IMG/VR virus record: IMGVR_UViG_3300045988_000050
Reading direction: 5' to 3' (one strand)
Length of the DNA stretch: 5,822 nucleotides
Origin: a virus
How positions within the stretch are numbered: the first letter of the stretch is position 1; each line of letters opens with the position of its first letter. Positions 1 through 4,954 of the stretch are shown in pieces. The notes below the pieces were generated by a model. The model was not told the DNA's origin, made no database searches, and saw only the letters and a list, made by a program, of their open reading frames with translations. Position numbers and translations under genes: made by a program.

Positions 1-55
1 ATTCCTTCATCTTCTCCTTCTGCTGTTTATGCTTCTTCTACTCGCAATTTCTCTG
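1..55. repeat. Terminal direct repeat, copy 1 (circular-genome assembly overlap)
   Basis: The 55 nt attccttcatcttctccttctgctgtttatgcttcttctactcgcaatttctctg at 1-55 are identical to 5768-5822. Reading frames are continuous across the implied junction. Confidence 0.97.
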
Positions 56-927
56 AGAATTCTGGTAATCCTTCTATTGTCTCTGTAGCGTCGAATGCTA
101 CTGCCCCGAATGTTGCTGCTGCTCCTGGTGGTCGTTCTCTTTATATTAATTCTGAACTTTCCGCCCTCTCAATTCGTGCAACTGAATATTTGCAGCGTTG
201 GAAAGAGGTAGTACAATTCGCAAGCAAGGATTATTCTGATCAGATGGCTGCTCAATTCGGTGTTAAAGCTCCCGATTACATGGGAAATCATTGCCACTAT
301 ATTGGTGGTTGGTCCAATGTTATAAACATCAATGAAGTAATTAATACTAATCTTAATGACCAGGATTCACAGGCTAGTATTGCTGGTAAAGGCGTTGGCT
401 CTAATTCAGGTCATACTATTAATTATAGTTGTGGTGCTGAGCATCAGATTATTATAGCTGTTTATCATGCTGTGCCTATGCTTGATTGGGATATATCAGG
501 ACAAGCTCCTCAGTTAACTGTTACCTCTATTTCTGACTTTCCTCAACCTGCATTTGATCAGCTTGGCATGCAGTCAGTACCCGCTCTTAATCTTATTAAT
601 GATAAGAGTCGTGCGGCTGATGGTGCTTTAGGTTATAATCTTCGTTATTGGCAATGGAAGTCTGCTATTGATACCGTTCACGCTGGTTTTCGTAAAGGTC
701 TTGCTTATCGTTCTTGGGCTGCTGCTCTTGATGGTTGGGATGTTCTTACCTCTTCTGGTAAGTTTTCTTATCAATCTATGAAGGTTCGTCCTCAACAACT
801 GAATCCTATTTTTCTACCACAGGTTTCAGGAGCGAATTCAGGTGTTGCGTATGATCAGTTGCTATGTAATGTTAATTTCCAAGTATATGCCGCTCAGAAC
901 TTGGATAGAAATGGTTTACCTTTTTAA
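1..927 (+). CDS. VP1: Major capsid protein VP1, 3' portion (joined product 4955..5767 + 1..927 = 579 aa)
   Basis: The track ORF 190..927 begins at a TTG, but the same frame is stop-free from base 1 (checked codon by codon) and is in phase with the 4955 ORF through the 55-nt overlap. It contains the capsid-typical segment LSIRATEYLQRWKEVVQFASKDYSDQMAAQFGV. Stop TAA at 925-927. Confidence 0.92.
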   Translation: MPSSSPSAVYASSTRNFSENSGNPSIVSVASNATAPNVAAAPGGRSLYINSELSALSIRATEYLQRWKEVVQFASKDYSDQMAAQFGVKAPDYMGNHCHYIGGWSNVININEVINTNLNDQDSQASIAGKGVGSNSGHTINYSCGAEHQIIIAVYHAVPMLDWDISGQAPQLTVTSISDFPQPAFDQLGMQSVPALNLINDKSRAADGALGYNLRYWQWKSAIDTVHAGFRKGLAYRSWAAALDGWDVLTSSGKFSYQSMKVRPQQLNPIFLPQVSGANSGVAYDQLLCNVNFQVYAAQNLDRNGLPF

Positions 928-939
928 TTTTGTTTTGTT

Positions 940-1380
940 ATGAGAGATTTTGCTTATATAAATTCTGATTTTGTACAGGATGATTATGTCCCTGTTAGTG
1001 TAGAAGGACACCCGTGTTATTCTCCTTCTGTTTATGATTCGGTTATGTATGATGAATCTCCTGATGGTGATTTGATTCAGGTTGATATGACCCAAATTTT
1101 ATTGAATCAGGAAAAATACCGTAATCTGCTTGGTGATATGAATGTTCAGAATATCATTGCTCAGATGCATCCTACTGGATCTACTGTTATGGATGGTATG
1201 ACTGATGAGGAGCGGTTTAAATGTGTTATTTCTCGACATTGCCAAACGCTGTCGGAACGGCAGGCTGTTCTTCAAGAATTGGCTATTGAGCATTCTGAAT
1301 TATCTGCTTATGCTAAGTCTATGTTGGCAGAGAATGTGGCAGCGCCGTCTTCGGATTCCGCCCCTGCCCCTTCTGAATAA
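940..1380 (+). CDS. Hypothetical acidic 146-aa protein; possible internal scaffolding protein (VP3-like) by position and size
   Basis: ATG at 940, 12 nt after the capsid stop. Third codon positions are T-rich like the other genes. The protein is rich in D/E. Its stop TAA (1378-1380) overlaps the next ATG (TAATG), suggesting translational coupling. The function is inferred only from synteny and size, with no motif recognised. Confidence 0.7.
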   Translation: MRDFAYINSDFVQDDYVPVSVEGHPCYSPSVYDSVMYDESPDGDLIQVDMTQILLNQEKYRNLLGDMNVQNIIAQMHPTGSTVMDGMTDEERFKCVISRHCQTLSERQAVLQELAIEHSELSAYAKSMLAENVAAPSSDSAPAPSE

Positions 1381-2522
1381 TGGGTTTATTTGATGCGATT
1401 GCCTCTACTGTTGGTAATCTTACCGATAATGTTCTTGGTATGGTTAACCAAAATCATCAGAATAAAGTCAATTTACGTATGATGCGAGAGCAGAATGATT
1501 TTAACGCTAAACAGGCTGAGATACAACGTGATTGGCAGGAAGAAATGTGGAACAAGAATAATGAGTATAATTCTCCTGAAGCTATGATTTCTCGAGGTCT
1601 TAATCCTTTTATTGCTTCTTCTGCTGGTGCTGGTGTTTCTCGTTCTCCTGCTTCTGGTGGTGTTGCTGCTTCTGCTGCTCCTGTACCTAGTATGCAGGCG
1701 TTTAGACCTAATTTTTCTGGTGTTTTCGAATCTCTTGCTACTCTTGCTCAGGCTAAAGCTTCAGAGGCTTCCGCTGATGAGTCAAGGTCTCGTACTAATC
1801 AGAATAATACGGTTACTCCTTTATTATCAGATTATTATAGAGGCCTTACTAATTGGAAGAATTTAGCGATTGGTGACTCAGGCTATTGGAATAAGACAAC
1901 AGGCCGTATATCTGCTGCTTTGGACCAATCTACTGAAGCGCAGAATCTAAAGAACGCCCAGTTCGCTGAACGTATATCTGCCGCTCAGGAGACACAGATT
2001 TTGCTTAATTCTGAGGCTCAGCGTATAATTAATAGGTATATGGATGAGAATCAACAAGCCGATTTGTTTATTAAGGCTCAAACCTTAGTTAATCTTCAGA
2101 ATCAAGGCGCTTTGACAGAGAAGCAAATTCTGACTGAAATTCAGCGTGCTATTCTTGTCTCTGCGGAAGCTTCCGGTAAGAAAATTAGTAATCGTATTGC
2201 TGCTGATACTGCTGACTCCTTGATTAAGGCCGCTAATGCTTCCTATGAGTTGCAGTATCGTGATAGTACGTATGACTTTAAGAATGTTAAGCTTCGTAAG
2301 CATACGGAGTATAAAACTTCTATGGCACAACAGAAGGCTGCCGAATATGGTGCTGAATTAGAACGTAAACAATCTCGTACTCATTATTGGGAATCTGTTT
2401 CCCGTGGTCTTGGTTCTATTGCTTCTGGTGCTGGTAATTTTGTTGGTTCTTTACGTCCTGGTGCTAATATCTATCGTAATGATTATGGCCCCCGTAATAC
2501 TACAATTTATAATGGCAGGTAG
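1380..2522 (+). CDS. VP2: Minor capsid / DNA pilot protein VP2 (H-like)
   Basis: 380 aa. The N-terminal region ...NLRMMREQNDFNAKQAEIQRDWQEEMWNKNNEYNSPEAMISRGLNPF resembles the conserved microvirus VP2 segment (N..F...Q....W...M....YNSP..Q..R...AGLNP). It is followed by a Ser/Ala/Gly-rich linker and a long Q/A-rich helical region, consistent with a pilot-protein tube. The gene sits directly downstream of the capsid module. Confidence 0.85.
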   Translation: MGLFDAIASTVGNLTDNVLGMVNQNHQNKVNLRMMREQNDFNAKQAEIQRDWQEEMWNKNNEYNSPEAMISRGLNPFIASSAGAGVSRSPASGGVAASAAPVPSMQAFRPNFSGVFESLATLAQAKASEASADESRSRTNQNNTVTPLLSDYYRGLTNWKNLAIGDSGYWNKTTGRISAALDQSTEAQNLKNAQFAERISAAQETQILLNSEAQRIINRYMDENQQADLFIKAQTLVNLQNQGALTEKQILTEIQRAILVSAEASGKKISNRIAADTADSLIKAANASYELQYRDSTYDFKNVKLRKHTEYKTSMAQQKAAEYGAELERKQSRTHYWESVSRGLGSIASGAGNFVGSLRPGANIYRNDYGPRNTTIYNGR

Positions 2523-2540
2523 TTAACATTCTTTAGGACT

Positions 2541-2820
2541 AGAAGCCCATCGCGGCGTTTGAGCGATATACACCCGCCGCCCGCGTAGGGCCTGATCGAA
2601 AAATGGAGCGGAGCGACTTCCTTATAGGAGCGCCCCGCTCCGGTATTTTAGCGCGACGGCGCGCAAAGGCAAGTCATTCATGCCTTGCCGTGTCTATACA
2701 CCTCTGTATACATCCACCTGTTAATTAAGCGAAGCCCCTAGTTGTGTCCGAAGGAAATTCGAGTTACCCTCTCGAATTCGTATCCCCTTGTCCATAAACG
2801 CACAACTCACACTCCATCAC
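2541..2820. other. GC-rich, hairpin-dense non-coding island (candidate complementary-strand origin, structured RNA or recombination site)
   Basis: Hand count gives 150 G+C in 280 nt (about 54%), against 43/120 (about 36%) in the sampled coding stretch 1381-1500. Perfect stems: GCGGCG 2552-2557 with CGCCGC 2575-2580; GGAGCGG 2605-2611 with CCGCTCC 2635-2641, plus GCG 2613-2615 with CGC 2631-2633; GCGCG 2651-2655 with CGCGC 2660-2664; GGCAAG 2668-2673 with CTTGCC 2684-2689; TATACA 2695-2700 with TGTATA 2705-2710; AATTCGAG 2756-2763 with CTCGAATT 2771-2778. There is no ORF of 60 aa or more on either strand. Confidence 0.8.
2605..2650 (+). terminator. Candidate intrinsic terminator closing the + strand operon
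   Basis: A GC-rich hairpin (7 bp GGAGCGG/CCGCTCC, one mismatch, then 3 more G:C pairs) is followed by GGTATTTTA. The U-tract is short and interrupted, so this is tentative. It is the first strong stem plus T-run after the VP2 stop at 2522. Confidence 0.3.
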
Positions 2821-2855
2821 AAAATGGTTCTGTTCTCACATTTTCTAAAAAATAA

Positions 2856-2886
2856 TTTGGAAATACATAAAAAACTTATATCTTTG
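2856..2886 (+). promoter_or_regulatory. Bacteroidota-type sigma-AB promoter (-33 TTTG / -7 TAnnTTTG)
   Basis: TTTG at 2856-2859, a 19-nt spacer, then TAtcTTTG at 2879-2886. This matches the Bacteroides consensus TTTG-N19-21-TAnnTTTG exactly. It lies about 50 nt upstream of the first ATG (2938) of the gene string 64-aa ORF / peptide / rep / capsid. Confidence 0.6.
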
Positions 2887-2937
2887 CCCCCATGTAGAAG
2901 TTACAATCATTATTAACACTTTAAAATTATTACAATT

Positions 2938-3132
2938 ATGCAGAAATTTATTATCTCAGTTAAAGAAAAAAACACTGGTCGTGATGTTATTCCGCCTTAT
3001 ATTGTCAATTCTCTCGATGGTCTTGGATATTATTCTGAGCGAGTATCTTCGTTGGGTCTTATTGTTATTGTGGATTCGATTAAGGAAGAGGATAATTTTG
3101 TCGAACTTAAAACTCAAATCGATGAAAAGTAA
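2938..3132 (+). CDS. Hypothetical 64-aa protein
   Basis: ATG start just downstream of the predicted promoter. The third-position T bias matches the other genes. No motif recognised. Sequence: MQKFIISVKEKNTGRDVIPPYIVNSLDGLGYYSERVSSLGLIVIVDSIKEEDNFVELKTQIDEK. Confidence 0.55.
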   Translation: MQKFIISVKEKNTGRDVIPPYIVNSLDGLGYYSERVSSLGLIVIVDSIKEEDNFVELKTQIDEK

Positions 3133-3205
3133 AAATATTTGGAAGATTATAATTGGCGCGGTTTCTGCTGCTCTTGGTTATATTCTTAGCTCTTTTGGTG
3201 GCTGA
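3122..3205 (+). CDS. 27-aa single-pass membrane peptide (MKSKNIWKIIIGAVSAALGYILSSFGG)
   Basis: ATG at 3122 overlaps the end of the 64-aa ORF (ATGAAAAGTAA). It has a Lys-rich N-terminus followed by about 19 hydrophobic or small residues. In the non-overlapped part (3133-3205) most third positions are T, as in real genes here. This is the C-terminal part of track ORF 2981..3205. Confidence 0.4.
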   Translation: MKSKNIWKIIIGAVSAALGYILSSFGG

Positions 3206-3257
3206 TTTATTTTATTGTTTATTTTTAAATTTATTGCCTTTACAGGCTCTTGGTTAT

Positions 3258-4937
3258 ATGAAATTTTCTCCTGATTTGCTTAAGACTGTTGATCATTGTC
3301 AGCATCGTTCGTTTATTACGAATAGATATACTGGTGCACGCATTGCCGTAGATTGTGGTCAGTGCGATTATTGTATCCATAAGAAAGCTAAAAAAGCGTC
3401 CATGCGTGTGAAGACAGCTGGAAGTGCTTTCAAGTATTCTTATTTTGTCACTTTGACTTATGATAATGAGCATATTCCTCTTATGAATTGTAAGGTTCTT
3501 CATAGTGAATATGAAGATGTCGTAGGCATTTCAGGAGATCTTCATTTTGGAAATGAATATCATCAGTATATCCCTGTTTCCGAGTATCAATGTAATGATA
3601 ACTCCATGTTGCGTCATATATTCTTCGAACAGGTTCAAGGCACTGTGCCGTTTGACCGTGAAATTAAGGAATATGTACCTGTTACGGACAATTGGTTTCT
3701 TAGTATGGATGCTATTCGTAGCTTTATCGGTAAGACGCAGGTTGTTAACAAAACGGATTATCCCGCTTCTGCACAATACGGTCGTGATAATCTTATTCCC
3801 TTCCTGAACTATGTTGATGTTCAGAATTATATCAAACGTTTACGTAAATATTTGTTTCAATCTTTAGGTTCTTATGAAACGTTACATTTCTACGCTGTGG
3901 GTGAGTACGGACCCGTGCATTTCCGCCCGCATTATCATATCTTATTATTCACAAACTCGCAGAAAGTCTCTCAGATTTTACGATACTGTCACGATAAGAG
4001 TTGGACATTCGGTCGTTCAGATTTCCAACTTGCCGCTGGTGGAGCTTCTTCCTACGTTGCGAGCTACGTTAACAGCCTGTGCTCTGCTCCCCTGTTATAT
4101 CGATCATGCCGCGCATTTAGACCCAGGTCGCGAGCGTCTGTCGGATTCTTTGAAAAAGGTTGTGACTACGTTGAAAGTGAAGACCCTTACGCGCAGATTG
4201 AAAAAAAAATCGATTCTGTCGTTAATGGAAGCCTCTATGATTTCAACGGAATCAGTGTTCGGTCAACTCCACCCCTGTCGTATATCCGTACCTTATTGCC
4301 CCGATTCTCGTCTTCTTGCAATGATGATAGTACTTCGATTACTCGAATACTTCTTGCTGTTCACCGAACGCCGCAAAGAATTGCGCGTTACGGATTTGTA
4401 GATTATAATCAGGATTCTGTCTTGAGTCTTGTTCGTGCCTATTATCGATATCTTAAGGTTAACTCTATTCTTTCTGATGATGATAAGATCATTTTACATA
4501 CTTCTCGGTGTCTTACTAGGTTTGTTAACTGTTCTAGTGATGTCGATATTGATTATTTTATTAATAAGTTGTATAGGTTGTTCTTATATGTCTTTAAGTT
4601 TTTCCGTAACTGGCATCTCCCTGGCTTTGGCTCTGATATTAGTGCTTTTTCTGGTCGTATTAATTTTATCATTAAAACAGGCATAGAGTATGAAAAAAAA
4701 GCGAATTATGAAAATATGCGAGGTATCTATGACCTTCGTTCCCAATACCCCGAACTCTCGGATTGTATGTTTGTTCTGCCTGCGAACGGCCAAGAATCAG
4801 ATGTCCTGTCGAAAGTTTCAAGTGATACGGTCCAGCTCCTTGAGCAACTCCGGTACCGTAGTGCAACATTCTGTCGTGATATGATTAAGCATAAAAAGCT
4901 TAATGATGCTAATAATATATTTAATCGTATGGTTTAA
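3258..4937 (+). CDS. VP4: Rolling-circle replication initiation protein VP4 (HUH endonuclease, phiX174 gpA family)
   Basis: Cys cluster DCGQCDYC (3354-3374). RCR motif I FVTLTYD (3444-3464). HUH motif HFRPHYHILLF (HYH at 3930-3938). Double-tyrosine motif YVASYVNS (Tyr codons at 4053 and 4065), which closely resembles the phiX174 gpA active site YVAKYVNK. The start is placed at the first ATG (3258). The track start at TTG 3153 adds a 35-aa hydrophobic leader that overlaps the peptide gene and looks like an off-frame artefact. Confidence 0.93.
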   Translation: MKFSPDLLKTVDHCQHRSFITNRYTGARIAVDCGQCDYCIHKKAKKASMRVKTAGSAFKYSYFVTLTYDNEHIPLMNCKVLHSEYEDVVGISGDLHFGNEYHQYIPVSEYQCNDNSMLRHIFFEQVQGTVPFDREIKEYVPVTDNWFLSMDAIRSFIGKTQVVNKTDYPASAQYGRDNLIPFLNYVDVQNYIKRLRKYLFQSLGSYETLHFYAVGEYGPVHFRPHYHILLFTNSQKVSQILRYCHDKSWTFGRSDFQLAAGGASSYVASYVNSLCSAPLLYRSCRAFRPRSRASVGFFEKGCDYVESEDPYAQIEKKIDSVVNGSLYDFNGISVRSTPPLSYIRTLLPRFSSSCNDDSTSITRILLAVHRTPQRIARYGFVDYNQDSVLSLVRAYYRYLKVNSILSDDDKIILHTSRCLTRFVNCSSDVDIDYFINKLYRLFLYVFKFFRNWHLPGFGSDISAFSGRINFIIKTGIEYEKKANYENMRGIYDLRSQYPELSDCMFVLPANGQESDVLSKVSSDTVQLLEQLRYRSATFCRDMIKHKKLNDANNIFNRMV

Positions 4938-4954
4938 TTTAATTTTAATTAATT

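Noticed and set aside
925-932. Second TAnnTTTG match (TAatTTTG) between the capsid stop and the 146-aa ORF
   Set aside because: There is no TTTG at the required 19-21 nt upstream, and the motif ends only 7 nt before the ATG. It is probably just T-rich spacer sequence.
1612-1866. 84-aa extremely Leu-rich hydrophobic ORF nested in VP2, superficially like the overprinted phiX174 lysis gene E
   Set aside because: It starts at TTG with no early ATG. It lies in the +1 frame of VP2, so its second codon position is VP2's T-rich third position, and NTN codons cannot be stops and encode hydrophobic residues. It also sits on the GCT/TCT/GGT low-complexity linker. All of this is expected as a codon-bias artefact.
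2603-2728. 41-codon ATG ORF (MERSDFLIGAPRSGILARRRAKASHSCLAVSIHLCIHPPVN) inside the GC-rich island
   Set aside because: It runs straight through the paired arms of several hairpins, lacks the third-position T bias of the genome and lies upstream of the predicted promoter. RNA or DNA structure explains the sequence better than coding does.
2748-2780. 8-bp stem with a 7-nt loop (AATTCGAG-TTACCCT-CTCGAATT), considered as a tRNA anticodon or T arm or a tRNA-derived att fragment
   Set aside because: The stem is too long for a tRNA arm. The loop lacks the TTCGAAT/TTCRANY T-loop pattern and the U33/purine-37 anticodon-loop pattern. No acceptor or D-arm partners are nearby.
2981-3121. Upstream part of track ORF 2981..3205 (GTG/ATG 2981-2986) overlapping the 64-aa ORF
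   Set aside because: It lies in the +1 frame of an ORF with gene-like third-position bias, so its hydrophobic translation is expected by composition. Only the portion after ATG 3122 was kept as a feature. The long form is mentioned as an alternative in the findings.
3153-3257. N-terminal 35-aa hydrophobic extension of Rep from TTG 3153 (the track start)
   Set aside because: It is a non-ATG start that overlaps the 27-aa peptide gene in its +1 frame, giving the hydrophobic artefact pattern. Rep homology-like sequence (MKFSPDLL...CGQCDYC) begins at ATG 3258.
3729-3737. GKT tripeptide in Rep (FIGKTQ), considered as a Walker A/P-loop
   Set aside because: The residue five positions before the Gly is Ile, not Ala or Gly, so [AG]xxxxGK[ST] is not satisfied. 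The tripeptide lies upstream of the HUH motif, and microvirus Reps are not known to carry NTPase domains.
4429-4686. 85-aa multi-TM-looking ORF (69 aa from ATG 4477) nested in the 3' part of rep
   Set aside because: The same +1-frame and T3-bias explanation applies. A stop-free hydrophobic run of this length is expected by chance once or twice in such a genome. It could be revisited only if the frame proves conserved in relatives.
1099-4869. Minus-strand ORFs 1099..1293, 2085..2330, 3240..3503, 3531..3776, 4584..4793 and 4672..4869
   Set aside because: All lie antisense to confidently identified + strand genes, are short (64-87 aa) and show no recognisable motifs. Microviruses transcribe one strand only.
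1205-4884. Other + strand alternative-frame ORFs 1205..1393, 3547..3807 and 4690..4884
   Set aside because: They are short, nested in or overlapping real genes, and show no motif or compositional signal that sets them apart.
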